64,000 bases of DNA, from IMG/VR virus record IMGVR_UViG_3300030389_004188; one strand, written 5' to 3'. Made by a program: the position numbers and the translations under genes. The notes beneath the pieces were generated by a model, which was not told where the DNA came from, did not search any database, and worked only from the letters and a program-made list of their open reading frames with translations. Source of the DNA: an uncultured virus (IMG/VR IMGVR_UViG_3300030389_004188). Lineage: Duplodnaviria > Heunggongvirae > Uroviricota > Caudoviricetes. This document shows, one piece after another, positions 9,427-19,430 of this stretch; the first letter of the stretch is position 1, and every line of letters begins with the position of its first letter.

Positions 9427-12400
9427 ATGATAAATCTAAAGAGTATTGATAAACGAGTACAAAATACTTTACTTGAAAAACAACGACAATTATCAGAACA
9501 CAATCCAATTGGTGGTGGTAATATTTTTTCTCGTTCTGTTTGGTCAAGAGTATCTTGTTTGTTCAATGGTAAGTTGGTTAGTTTTTTTAGTGATAAAGAC
9601 CCAACTAATATAAATGATTCAAAGTCAGATACGGTGTATGCATTTTATCGTCCTGATAATTCAAATCAAATATATAAGAGAAAAGTACGAACACTAACTG
9701 ATGCAGTAAGTGGTGAAACTACACCAAAGTATGAGGAGTCAAGTGCATATTATAGACCAATACCAGGTGTGACAGCAATTTCAACTCAGTATGAAGGTGG
9801 GTTGAAATCTTTTCGTAAAACAGATTTGAGTTTTATTGTTTGGACATATGATGATATAGCTTTTATGCAAAATTCTTTTATGGCAATAGGAAATTATGTT
9901 CTATTAGAATATGGTTGGAATGGGGATATAAATGATACTGCAGGATTCTCTAAACCATTTTTACTTGAAAAACTATTGGGAGAAAATCCATCAATAACAA
10001 GTCCACTTAATTTGTTCAACGATGTATTACAAAACTATGCTAGTTATGCACTTGAAATGGAAGGGAATCAAGATGTAATTATGGGTAGAGTTAGTAATTT
10101 TGAATATACTACTCGAGCAGATGGTGGATTTGATTGTAGTGTTTCATTGACTTCTTCTGGTGCACAATTATTGAAAACTGAATTACCAGATATAGAAACG
10201 ATAGAGTTTGTTAGTGGTGAAAATAAAGATGCAAATAAATTTGATTTAGAAGCTGCAAAATCTGTTGTTACTAATGTAAAAACTTTGATGAACTCACTAC
10301 CCGAACAATTTGACAAGTTTTATGTTGATGTTATTGCAAAATATTCAAACAAGAAGTTATTAACAAATGCAGATGGAAGTCAAGGATTTCTTAGTCTTAT
10401 AGGGGATTTGGTAAGTTTGAACATAGGAATGGATGATACTTCATTATCAACATTGATGAATGACTTTACAGATAATATGTCGTGGCACACTTTATTTCAC
10501 GATGAGAAATATACTAAAGACGGTGAAACAGAAGAAATAAAAAAGGTATGTGTACCACAAATATATGCACTACACCATACATATAATGTTAGACAGACAG
10601 GAAATAATTCTTACGGAGTTGGTTCTTTGAAATTATCAGAACAAGATGGTACAAGTGATGGACTCGGTATGCACTATTATGTTACATTGGGGTGGTTTGA
10701 AGATAATGTCCTAAATGGTGCATTGGGTGCATTGAATAGTAAAGGAAATTCAATTTATAAATTTAGGTCTACTGAAAGGTTTAGTCCTGAGTTTATAAAA
10801 GAACTTGGACTAGCAGAAAATCCTGACGGATTATATCAAGATTATTTAAAAGTCACAAGTGGTAATCACAATATATCTGATGATTGGATGCCATCTGTTA
10901 CGATATCAAATAATCCATTTCTAACCACAATGAGACCATTTGTTGGAAAGAATTTTACTTCTGATTCTTCAAAGTATTGTTTTATATTACCTGGTCAAAA
11001 TTTTGTAAATAGTGGAGATATTAAGAGCGGAACTATGAGATATAATGGTACTGTAAGTCAAGTTAGAGCTATGGATGCACATTTGAAATATATAAATGAA
11101 GTTTTTCCATCATTTGCAGTTCAAACTGGATTAGAAAATAACACACCCACATATGATTATTCACGAGGATATTATAGAAATATTTTAGTTCACATTGAAT
11201 TGTTGAGAGATGCAGTTTCAAATTCTAAAACAGTTGAAGATGTGTATAAAAATATTTTTAAAAATTTGAATCACGACTATGGTGATTTTTGGGACTTGAG
11301 TGTTGTACAAGACCCAATTGAACAAGGTAAAATTACCGTTATGGATAGAAATGTAACACACTTGAAAATAAAACAAAGTCAAGATTCAGATACATATTAT
11401 AGTGATTTATATTCCACTCCAAATAGATTATCGACAGATGATTCTCCAGAACCTGGTGAAGTTTATTTTTTCAACATATGGGAAGATAATAGTATAGTGA
11501 AAGATTATAAGGTTACTTCAAAGATTCCTGATGAGTTTAAAGTAGCTATGGCATATTCTGGTAGAGATCCAGACGCACATAATCTTGGTCAAGATAAATA
11601 TTCTCTATTGGGTAGAATAATAAATCAACAAAGTCAAGATTATGTTGAAGAAAAGATTGGTGATATAAATAAAGAAGAGTTTGAAGGAATACTAACAGAC
11701 TTGGAACAAGGTATGTATACATCAGAAGCTATAAATAAATTCAAATCAACTGGTAATATTGGTATTTTAATTCCATCAGGTGAGAAAGAAATATTTTTGC
11801 CAGTATCATATAATCCAAATAGTAGTGAAAAAAATGGATTCAATGGTGGTAGAGGATTGATGACAATAACAGAATTACTTGGTAAGAAAGCTCTAATAGA
11901 TGGTTCTTCTACAACAGTAGTTCATAATGGTAAAAGAGGTCAGAGGAATGATGACTTTCAATCCTATATAGCTGCAGCTGCAATTTCACCAAAAATATTA
12001 GTGGATATAGCAATAGAAAAAATAAAAAAATACTATAAAGATAAATTTCAAGAAGTTGATGATAAAGAGGATAAAGATGAACCTGTAGATGCTTCAAGAC
12101 CAGTAATTGATATAGCTCTAATCAAAGATATTGGGAATCAAAATGGAGTATTGAAATTGAGTGATGATGACGATGCATTAGGTGAAGCACTAACAAGTGC
12201 TGGGTTTAGTGATACAGATATCCAAAGTTATACAGATAATACAGGTGATGAGGGAAGTACTAATGAGATTCAAACTAAAATTTATAGTCATAATATTGGT
12301 GGGATGAATCCTATACTTAGAGGGTTATATAAAAGTTTATTGACTTCTACGAGTACGAGTAAGTTTCCTAACATACCCATAGAAGTAGAAATAACTATAG

Positions 12401-13428
12401 ATGGGGTTTCAGGAATTGAACCAGGTGATTCTTTTCAAGTTGGTTATTTACAAGAAGAGTATCTAAAATATACTTTGTTTCAATCTATAGATGTTAGTCA
12501 CGATGTAAGTAATACTGGTTGGTACACAACAATAAAAGGTATAATGAGAATCAATCGTCAAGCTATGGGATTATTCTTACCTGATACTGTAAAAGAAGTC
12601 AAACCACCCACTGCTTTTTCTGGAACAACAACTTCAACTCCATCGGAAACATATACGATACCAACAGGAATTCCACCAGTACCAAAGAGAAAGAAAACCA
12701 AAATTGGGGATGAACCTGAGATAAAACCACCTGCTCATTTACAAGAAATTGAAATAAACACAACTGCAATTGATGAAACTTCACAGGTCATCATACCTAA
12801 AAGAAGAAAAGAACCAGACTTTAAGTGGTTTGAAGATATTACTGGAGCAAAAGTATTAGAAGACCAAGAAGAAGATGATGACCAAATACCTCTTTTTGGT
12901 GGAGTTGGAAGTGGAGTTTATCCACTTGGTACTGTAAATGTATCTAATGGAATGAATTATACATTGAAAAAGGATGGTAGTAAGATTCCACCACGAACAC
13001 AACCAAAACTAAAAAAAATCATACCATTGAAAAATCAATTTTATAGTACTGGTACTCTTTCTGTTGATGCTGGAGATGAGTATACAAATAAAACTCCACC
13101 ACCTGAAGCAATAGGAAACATTTTCTTGTTCGAGAAATTTCGTAGAGAATCAAATCCATCAGGTCTTCAAAGTAGAGTATTTAGAATTCAAGATGAGTTG
13201 GCAAGTAACTATCCAAAGTATAAGAGTGAGTGGGTTGTTATGAAGAAAGTTCGTGGTAAAGTATTCCCATCAGGTTGGGGAGATTCAATCTCATCGGATA
13301 TGTTGAGTTTGAACAAAATGTTTTATTTCAAGAACAGACAAGTTTTTCGTGATTATGCAAAACTACACGGATATAGATTGGAAGAAGGTTCTAAGATAAG
13401 TATGAATACAGAACAGGTGGTGAGATAA
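9427..13428 (+). CDS. Large baseplate hub-like structural protein
   Basis: 1333 aa after LysM wedge; RPIPGVT, LLEYGWN, GRVSNFE..RADGGFDC, IPIEVEITIDGVSGI..VSHDVS..GWYTTI motifs. Confidence 0.55.
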   Translation: MINLKSIDKRVQNTLLEKQRQLSEHNPIGGGNIFSRSVWSRVSCLFNGKLVSFFSDKDPTNINDSKSDTVYAFYRPDNSNQIYKRKVRTLTDAVSGETTPKYEESSAYYRPIPGVTAISTQYEGGLKSFRKTDLSFIVWTYDDIAFMQNSFMAIGNYVLLEYGWNGDINDTAGFSKPFLLEKLLGENPSITSPLNLFNDVLQNYASYALEMEGNQDVIMGRVSNFEYTTRADGGFDCSVSLTSSGAQLLKTELPDIETIEFVSGENKDANKFDLEAAKSVVTNVKTLMNSLPEQFDKFYVDVIAKYSNKKLLTNADGSQGFLSLIGDLVSLNIGMDDTSLSTLMNDFTDNMSWHTLFHDEKYTKDGETEEIKKVCVPQIYALHHTYNVRQTGNNSYGVGSLKLSEQDGTSDGLGMHYYVTLGWFEDNVLNGALGALNSKGNSIYKFRSTERFSPEFIKELGLAENPDGLYQDYLKVTSGNHNISDDWMPSVTISNNPFLTTMRPFVGKNFTSDSSKYCFILPGQNFVNSGDIKSGTMRYNGTVSQVRAMDAHLKYINEVFPSFAVQTGLENNTPTYDYSRGYYRNILVHIELLRDAVSNSKTVEDVYKNIFKNLNHDYGDFWDLSVVQDPIEQGKITVMDRNVTHLKIKQSQDSDTYYSDLYSTPNRLSTDDSPEPGEVYFFNIWEDNSIVKDYKVTSKIPDEFKVAMAYSGRDPDAHNLGQDKYSLLGRIINQQSQDYVEEKIGDINKEEFEGILTDLEQGMYTSEAINKFKSTGNIGILIPSGEKEIFLPVSYNPNSSEKNGFNGGRGLMTITELLGKKALIDGSSTTVVHNGKRGQRNDDFQSYIAAAAISPKILVDIAIEKIKKYYKDKFQEVDDKEDKDEPVDASRPVIDIALIKDIGNQNGVLKLSDDDDALGEALTSAGFSDTDIQSYTDNTGDEGSTNEIQTKIYSHNIGGMNPILRGLYKSLLTSTSTSKFPNIPIEVEITIDGVSGIEPGDSFQVGYLQEEYLKYTLFQSIDVSHDVSNTGWYTTIKGIMRINRQAMGLFLPDTVKEVKPPTAFSGTTTSTPSETYTIPTGIPPVPKRKKTKIGDEPEIKPPAHLQEIEINTTAIDETSQVIIPKRRKEPDFKWFEDITGAKVLEDQEEDDDQIPLFGGVGSGVYPLGTVNVSNGMNYTLKKDGSKIPPRTQPKLKKIIPLKNQFYSTGTLSVDAGDEYTNKTPPPEAIGNIFLFEKFRRESNPSGLQSRVFRIQDELASNYPKYKSEWVVMKKVRGKVFPSGWGDSISSDMLSLNKMFYFKNRQVFRDYAKLHGYRLEEGSKISMNTEQVVR

Positions 13429-13429
13429 G

Positions 13430-14200
13430 ATGATGTATGTTGATAAAAAAGAATTTGAAGATAAACCTATTGATAAAATAGTAGGTCAAACTATGCAAGT
13501 AATAACTGGAAGAATTACTAAGAAATATGAATTTAAATATTTGACTGGTCATTATGTTCCAGAAAATATTGGATATCACATCCATATAACAAAAACAAGA
13601 GCCACTATCTATATGACTAATCACCAACATAGTGAGGACTCTAAAATAATAGTACCACAAAAAGAATCGATTGTTGCAATTGAAAAATATATGAAGTTGA
13701 ATCCACAAAAAGTAGATACCTATCCTATTACGAATGAGGCAAATCCAAATCAAAATGATTATGATGCTGGTTTTATAAAGAGAAAATTTGCATATGAGGC
13801 GGGTAAGAGAAATCCAGATGTTTTTGAAATATCACCAACAGATGATTTCACTACTTCAAAATACACCACTTATGAATATGAACATATCATTTCATCTAAC
13901 TATTTCGACACACCTCTTACCTTGTTTGAATCAGAAAATAAGGCACAAGAACTAAATGGTGATAGGATACGAGAGATAGTTGATAAAGTTCCTAAAATTA
14001 GAAATATAGCTAGTACAGGTCAATTTTGGAGAGAAGTTTCACCAATGGAAAAAACATTAGAAAAACTTTTTGGGGGTGGAATAAGTGGACATAAAATATC
14101 TCAACAAGGTGGACAAACACCATCAGCTGGTGGTTCAACTGGTGGTTCAACTGGAGGTGGTGGTTCTACAGGCGGTGGTTCTGGTGGTGGTGGATATTAA
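13430..14200 (+). CDS. Hypothetical protein with Gly/Ser/Thr-rich C-terminal tail
   Basis: 256 aa ORF ending the structural operon; PNQNDYDAGFIKRKF; ends GGSTGGSTGGGGSTGGGSGGGGY. Confidence 0.75.
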   Translation: MMYVDKKEFEDKPIDKIVGQTMQVITGRITKKYEFKYLTGHYVPENIGYHIHITKTRATIYMTNHQHSEDSKIIVPQKESIVAIEKYMKLNPQKVDTYPITNEANPNQNDYDAGFIKRKFAYEAGKRNPDVFEISPTDDFTTSKYTTYEYEHIISSNYFDTPLTLFESENKAQELNGDRIREIVDKVPKIRNIASTGQFWREVSPMEKTLEKLFGGGISGHKISQQGGQTPSAGGSTGGSTGGGGSTGGGSGGGGY

Positions 14201-14223
14201 TTTATTGTTTGGTATTTTAGGAT

Positions 14224-14237
14224 AATATTTATAAATA
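14224..14237 (+). promoter_or_regulatory. Putative late promoter (AATATTTATAAATA, contains TATAAATA)
   Basis: Intergenic upstream of thyX; contains the T4 late consensus TATAAATA at 14230-14237. Confidence 0.5.
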
Positions 14238-14252
14238 AATTAGGGTTATAAT

Positions 14253-14948
14253 ATGATACAAAATGTTTTAGATAAAGGTTTCATTGAAGTTGTGGATTCT
14301 CTTGGAGATGACCTAACAGTAGTAAATTCTGCTCGTGTATCATTCGGTAAAAGAAAAAAGAAGTGGGATAAATCGGATGAAAGGTTGGTTAGGTTTTTAG
14401 CAAAATATAAACACTATTCACCATTCAGACATTTACAAGTTCAATTTCACATCAAGGCACCAGAGTTCGTTATGAGACAATGGTATAAGCATGTTGTGGG
14501 TATTGAGACATCTTCGAGTAGTTCTACGAAAGACCACGCTTGGAATGAGATTAGTGGTCGTTATGTTCCTGTTGAGGACTTTTACACGCCAGAAGTGTTT
14601 AGACAACAATCAGAAGACAACAAACAGGCAACAGAAGGAGCAGTAAAAGACCAAGATTCTGCAAAACATCATTGGGAACAGGCGATGTTTCACGCTAAAG
14701 AACAATATCAGAAGTTGTTGGATATGGGTGTTGGTAAAGAACAAGCAAGAGCTATCCTACCATTGAACCAATACACCGAAGTATATTGGACAGCATCATT
14801 TCAGGCAGTAATGAACTTTATAGAACTAAGAAATGAGAAAACCTCACAATGGGAAATTCAAGAATATGCAAAAGTTCTGTTGGAGTTAATGCACGATACA
14901 TTTCCTAAAATAACAGAAATATGGTCGGAGGCACATAACTGGAAATAA
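14253..14948 (+). CDS. thyX: Flavin-dependent thymidylate synthase
   Basis: VNSARVSF, HYSPFRH, FVMRQWYKH..WNEISGRY, EQARAILP, NFIELR..SQWEIQEYA. Confidence 0.95.
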   Translation: MIQNVLDKGFIEVVDSLGDDLTVVNSARVSFGKRKKKWDKSDERLVRFLAKYKHYSPFRHLQVQFHIKAPEFVMRQWYKHVVGIETSSSSSTKDHAWNEISGRYVPVEDFYTPEVFRQQSEDNKQATEGAVKDQDSAKHHWEQAMFHAKEQYQKLLDMGVGKEQARAILPLNQYTEVYWTASFQAVMNFIELRNEKTSQWEIQEYAKVLLELMHDTFPKITEIWSEAHNWK

Positions 14949-14949
14949 T

Positions 14950-15510
14950 ATGTTGGATGTATTTGTATTTGAAGACTTTTATGAAAATCCTGATGAAGTA
15001 CGAGATTATGCTCTAAATCAAACTTTTAATATTGAGGGTAATTATCCTGGTTGGAGAACTAAACCAGCCGTACCCGAACAATCTGAAAAACTAAAAAATT
15101 TCATACAAGAAAAAATTATAGGAAAAGAAATAATACATTGGCCAGAAGAATACAATACTGCATATCAGTACACGGATAAGGATTGTGTTACTTGGGTTCA
15201 TCACGATGCGACAGAGTGGGCAGGTGTTGTGTATCTAACTCCAAATGCACCTGTTGATTCAGGAACTTCAATTTACAGATTGAAGGAAACAGGTGTTTAC
15301 CAATGGAATCCAGATGATGATTCTACGGACTATAACAATGGAGAAATTCCAAGAGACATTACGAAATGGGAAGAAATTTTGAGTGTAGGAAACATTTATA
15401 ATCGTTTGGTAATTTACAAAGGTACTTATTATCATAGAAGTAAAATTCCAGGTTTTGGTAATGGTAAAGAAGACGGAAGATTATTTCAAACATTTTTCTT
15501 TGATACATAA
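14950..15510 (+). CDS. 2OG-Fe(II) oxygenase-like protein (DUF6445-like)
   Basis: DFYENPDEVR, NYPGWRT, WVHHD, WAGVVYL, YNRLVIY..YHRS, RLFQTFF. Confidence 0.75.
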   Translation: MLDVFVFEDFYENPDEVRDYALNQTFNIEGNYPGWRTKPAVPEQSEKLKNFIQEKIIGKEIIHWPEEYNTAYQYTDKDCVTWVHHDATEWAGVVYLTPNAPVDSGTSIYRLKETGVYQWNPDDDSTDYNNGEIPRDITKWEEILSVGNIYNRLVIYKGTYYHRSKIPGFGNGKEDGRLFQTFFFDT

Positions 15511-15513
15511 ATT

Positions 15514-16158
15514 ATGGATTATATTTTAACAGGTAAAATACCACAAGAGTGGTCACACGGAGCAAACATATCCGATAATTCTTGGTATTGTTGGAATGAA
15601 TTATTTTCACCATCACAATGTGATGAGATAATAAGAATTGCAGAAGATGAGTTTCCTTTGATACGAGGAACTATTATGTCTGAAAATGAAGATTTAGGTA
15701 AACGAAGTGGATTCAATGCTCAAACAGATAAAGTGTTGCGTGACTCACAAGTTAGGTGGGTTCAACCTACAGATTCTACTACTTGGATTTATGAATGGAT
15801 ATGGAATTCAGTTGTTTCTACAAATCAAGGTAATTGGGATTTTGATATACGAGGGATGGGTGAGGCACTACAATATACTGTTTATGATAGTAATGTAGGA
15901 GATGCACATTATGGTTGGCACAGAGACATAGGTGGTAATCAAAATCATAGAAAAATAAGTTTGACTATTCAGTTATCAGATGATAGTGAATATGAAGGCG
16001 GACATTTTGAATTGGAAGATATTGGTAAATTTGAAACCTATCGAAATAAGGGAGATGCAATAATGTTTCCCTCAATCTTTAGACATAAGATTCACCCAAT
16101 AACATACGGAGTAAGAAAGTCATTAGTGGTTTGGATAACAGGCCCAAAAATAAAATAA
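15514..16158 (+). CDS. 2OG-Fe(II) oxygenase (prolyl-hydroxylase/PiuC-like)
   Basis: LQYTVY, YGWHRD, RKISLTIQLS, YEGG, FPS..HKI.PIT.GVRKSLVVW. Confidence 0.85.
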   Translation: MDYILTGKIPQEWSHGANISDNSWYCWNELFSPSQCDEIIRIAEDEFPLIRGTIMSENEDLGKRSGFNAQTDKVLRDSQVRWVQPTDSTTWIYEWIWNSVVSTNQGNWDFDIRGMGEALQYTVYDSNVGDAHYGWHRDIGGNQNHRKISLTIQLSDDSEYEGGHFELEDIGKFETYRNKGDAIMFPSIFRHKIHPITYGVRKSLVVWITGPKIK

Positions 16159-17430
16159 ATGGTTATAGAAAGTCAAGGACAACTTGACAAGGTTATTGAA
16201 TTAGTAAAAACAAAAAACTTTTTCATACAAGTGTTATGTGACACTATAAAAAAACATCCAAGTGATGATAAAATTAGTGTCATTATGTTATACTTTGATG
16301 AATGGTATGTTGTACCATTTGACCATATAGATTGTATAAATCTGTCAGATGCACAACAAGAACAATTCCTTGTCGAATTAGTTTGTTCAAATACAAAAAA
16401 ATATTGTGTAGATAAGAAGAGATTACTTCATTTGGTAAAGTGTGCAAATCTCATAGACCTAAAAATGTCACGATACCTTTCTGATAATGAAGTCTTGGAT
16501 GATGAAGATTTTTATACTAATACACAACAAATATTTCACTATGAATGGCGTAATCTAAAAAAGATAAATAATTTATTACCGATAACTAAACTAATAGAAT
16601 ATACTACAAAGATTTATGATTCATACAAATCATATGATAATCATCAAGAATGTTCAGATGTATATCATAATTTGATGTTAGAAAGTTATCAAACAATAGA
16701 GAGTAATGGAATACAAACTACAGATGGTATTGTATATTCAGAATATAATCCTTTCACAAGTACAGGTAGACCGAGTAATAGATTTGGTGGTATCAATTTT
16801 GCAGCTCTAAATAAAAAAGATGGTAGTAGAAAAAAGTTTATAAGTAGATTTGGACAAAATGGTAAGTTAGTTGAAATGGATTATGATGCATATCACTTGA
16901 GGTTGATTGCAAAAATAATAGACTTCGACCTACCTAAAACTTCAGTACACGAATATATGATGAAATTTTATGGTATAGATGATTATGAAGAAGCAAAAAG
17001 ATTATCCTTTCAATACTTGTATGGTAACATTCCAGAGAACATTATTGATACCAATCCCTTTTTTAAATCCGTACAAGAGTATATAAATTCAAAATGGAGT
17101 GAGTATAAAGAACGACAATTTGTTTCTTCAGATATTTATAAACGAAGGCTTTTCGCCAAAAATCTACCAAATATGAACAAAAATAAATTGTTCAATTATT
17201 TGATACAATTGAGTGAAACAGAAAACAATCTACAAGTAATTCAAGAGTTGAATAAGTATTTGGAAGACAAAGAATCCAAGTTGGTTTTATACTCATATGA
17301 TTCTTTTCTAATAGATTTCAATATGAACGATGGTGTAGAGACTTTGAAAGATTGTAAAAGAATAGTTGATAGGGATGGTATTTTTCCTGTCACACTAAAG
17401 AGGGGTGATAATTATCACGATATGAAATGA
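16159..17430 (+). CDS. Compact family A DNA polymerase-like protein
   Basis: TSTGRPSN, motif A EMDYDAYHLR, motif B AKRLSFQYLYG, NYLIQ, motif C variant LYSYDS. Confidence 0.75.
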   Translation: MVIESQGQLDKVIELVKTKNFFIQVLCDTIKKHPSDDKISVIMLYFDEWYVVPFDHIDCINLSDAQQEQFLVELVCSNTKKYCVDKKRLLHLVKCANLIDLKMSRYLSDNEVLDDEDFYTNTQQIFHYEWRNLKKINNLLPITKLIEYTTKIYDSYKSYDNHQECSDVYHNLMLESYQTIESNGIQTTDGIVYSEYNPFTSTGRPSNRFGGINFAALNKKDGSRKKFISRFGQNGKLVEMDYDAYHLRLIAKIIDFDLPKTSVHEYMMKFYGIDDYEEAKRLSFQYLYGNIPENIIDTNPFFKSVQEYINSKWSEYKERQFVSSDIYKRRLFAKNLPNMNKNKLFNYLIQLSETENNLQVIQELNKYLEDKESKLVLYSYDSFLIDFNMNDGVETLKDCKRIVDRDGIFPVTLKRGDNYHDMK

Positions 17431-18296
17431 TAAAACTAAAACAATTACTAAAAGAAACTTTCATAGGAGATAAATGGTATCCAGCACATACTCAAGAATC
17501 ATTGAAATGGGTATTGAGTCAAGAAAATGTACCAATCTATCCAAAGACGATAGAGAAACTAATTGGTCAAGTACCAGTTACAGCTTTTCATATGACAGGA
17601 CCAGAATATATTCCTAAAGTAGCTGGTGTGGTTGGTAAGAAAAAATCTCTTTCTACATTTGACCAAGTTGCTGCAGACTCTCCATTGGCTAAAGGAAAGG
17701 GAATACAGACAGGTTCAGGTGGAATTGTATTTCAAGTAGAGGGATTTTTACTGGCAAGAGCACAATCTGATTTGGCAAGTGTTCCAGACAAAACAGGTCG
17801 TAGATGGTTGGAGTCTCGTAAAGTATTTGGAGATAGTGAGTTCGTAAGAAGAGCAGCTAAAAAGAATAAAAAATTATATACTCGTAGTGAATGGTATGAT
17901 ATGGAACAAGATATTCAAGATGAGATAAAAGATAAAAATCCAGATGCACGGTATATGGAAGTTGTAGAATTGGCTAAGGTGGAAATGAATAAAAAAGCAA
18001 ACGAACTTATACGAAATTATATTGATTTTACAAATGACTTATTGATGAAAAATAAAAAGAAATTTGTAAAAAATCTTACGAGTGATGAGAGTAAAGTAAA
18101 TTGGAATTGGAATGAAATCATACTACATAGTGCAAAAATAAAAAGTGCATTTGTAATGAAAAGACTTGAAAAAGATTATTACTTTAAGGAAAATAAAAAA
18201 CAACTCGAAAAACTAACAAGAGATATAACATATGGAACACCTGGTCAATACAGAAAATGGTATACCGCAAGAAAAGGACAAATAAATGTCAATTAA
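17427..18296 (+). CDS. Hypothetical protein, probable internal head protein; possible ADP-ribosyltransferase-like fold
   Basis: N-terminus MIKLKQLLKE; AFH, SLSTF, WNE spacing resembles ART H/R-STS-E (weak). Confidence 0.5.
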   Translation: MIKLKQLLKETFIGDKWYPAHTQESLKWVLSQENVPIYPKTIEKLIGQVPVTAFHMTGPEYIPKVAGVVGKKKSLSTFDQVAADSPLAKGKGIQTGSGGIVFQVEGFLLARAQSDLASVPDKTGRRWLESRKVFGDSEFVRRAAKKNKKLYTRSEWYDMEQDIQDEIKDKNPDARYMEVVELAKVEMNKKANELIRNYIDFTNDLLMKNKKKFVKNLTSDESKVNWNWNEIILHSAKIKSAFVMKRLEKDYYFKENKKQLEKLTRDITYGTPGQYRKWYTARKGQINVN

Positions 18297-18909
18297 TATT
18301 TCATTATATGATTTGGTCAATATAGACGAACTCGTTTATACTAACGACATATCAGAGAAACATCAAAAGAGAATTGATGAGGGAAAGGAATGGCTAAAAA
18401 CTATCACTCTACCTTATAAAAATCCACCAAAAAATTCAAGTTATGTTACATTGAATGAATTGGAATTTTTACGAGACTTGAGAACAGATGGTAGTGAACT
18501 AAAAGAATTTGATAATATCGAAGACAACTTTGGTGATTTATTGGAAGGTTTTGGATTTGATAGAAATAAAGATTATATTGATGACTTGGTACATAAAAGT
18601 AGAGGTCCTATATATGTTCTAAAATATCATTATAATAGACCAAGACCATCTCAAGTTGCAGAAGTTAGAGGTATTGATATAAATCAATCTTCTGTGGATT
18701 CTGCAAAAACACCAAGTTATCCAAGTGGACATTCAACTCAGGCTTATTTATTGTCCATAAAATTAGCAACAAAATATCCGAGTATTGCTAGTGAATTATA
18801 TGAGTTGGGAGAAAATATTTCATACTCAAGAGTCTTAGGTAAAGTTCATTATCCAAGTGATTATCAGTATGGTAAAATTTTGGGTGACTCTTTAGCGAGG
18901 TCTTTATGA
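18286..18909 (+). CDS. PAP2/vanadium-haloperoxidase superfamily phosphatase
   Basis: KYHYNRPRP, TPSYPSGHS, SRVLGKVHYPSD: all three PAP2 motifs. Confidence 0.9.
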   Translation: MSINISLYDLVNIDELVYTNDISEKHQKRIDEGKEWLKTITLPYKNPPKNSSYVTLNELEFLRDLRTDGSELKEFDNIEDNFGDLLEGFGFDRNKDYIDDLVHKSRGPIYVLKYHYNRPRPSQVAEVRGIDINQSSVDSAKTPSYPSGHSTQAYLLSIKLATKYPSIASELYELGENISYSRVLGKVHYPSDYQYGKILGDSLARSL

Positions 18910-19430
18910 TTAGTTTGTATTCACTTATAAATGAAGTGACTTTGAAGAAGTGGAATCATTTTAGACCTTTGAGTTACGATGAGATTAGAGATGAGTATGA
19001 TGAATTCAAAGAGAATGATAAAACAAAATTTGTAATGCCACGATTGGCAAAAGATTGGGATGATTTCAATGATTCCGTAAAGGTTGCACAAGAGGAAATA
19101 TTTAGTGTTGAGGAGTTGAAAGAATTGTATAATTCAGATGTTGGAGAGGTTCTAACCATTATAAAAGATGGTGGATTATCTGCGGGATTAGATGAGACAA
19201 AAAGATTATCTAATCATTATGGTAAGGATTGGAAAAGAATTTACAAGGCATTCAAATCAACACCACCAATGAAATTACCATTACCACTTGTAGTGAGAGA
19301 TAAAAATAGTGATAATTATTTATTGGCTGGAAATACTCGATTGATGGTATCTGTGTCTTTAGGATATAATATGGGTATCAATGTCATACCTTACAAGTAC
19401 GAATTTAAGAGTGAGGGATTTTACTTATGA
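18906..19430 (+). CDS. ParB/sulfiredoxin-like nucleotide-binding protein
   Basis: PLPLVVRD...YLLAGNTRL; N-terminus MISLYSLINE. Confidence 0.55.
   Translation: MISLYSLINEVTLKKWNHFRPLSYDEIRDEYDEFKENDKTKFVMPRLAKDWDDFNDSVKVAQEEIFSVEELKELYNSDVGEVLTIIKDGGLSAGLDETKRLSNHYGKDWKRIYKAFKSTPPMKLPLPLVVRDKNSDNYLLAGNTRLMVSVSLGYNMGINVIPYKYEFKSEGFYL

Noticed and set aside
14128..14196. GGTGGTTCAACT-type repeats
   Set aside because: They encode a Gly/Ser/Thr tail; not a CRISPR array or mobile repeat.
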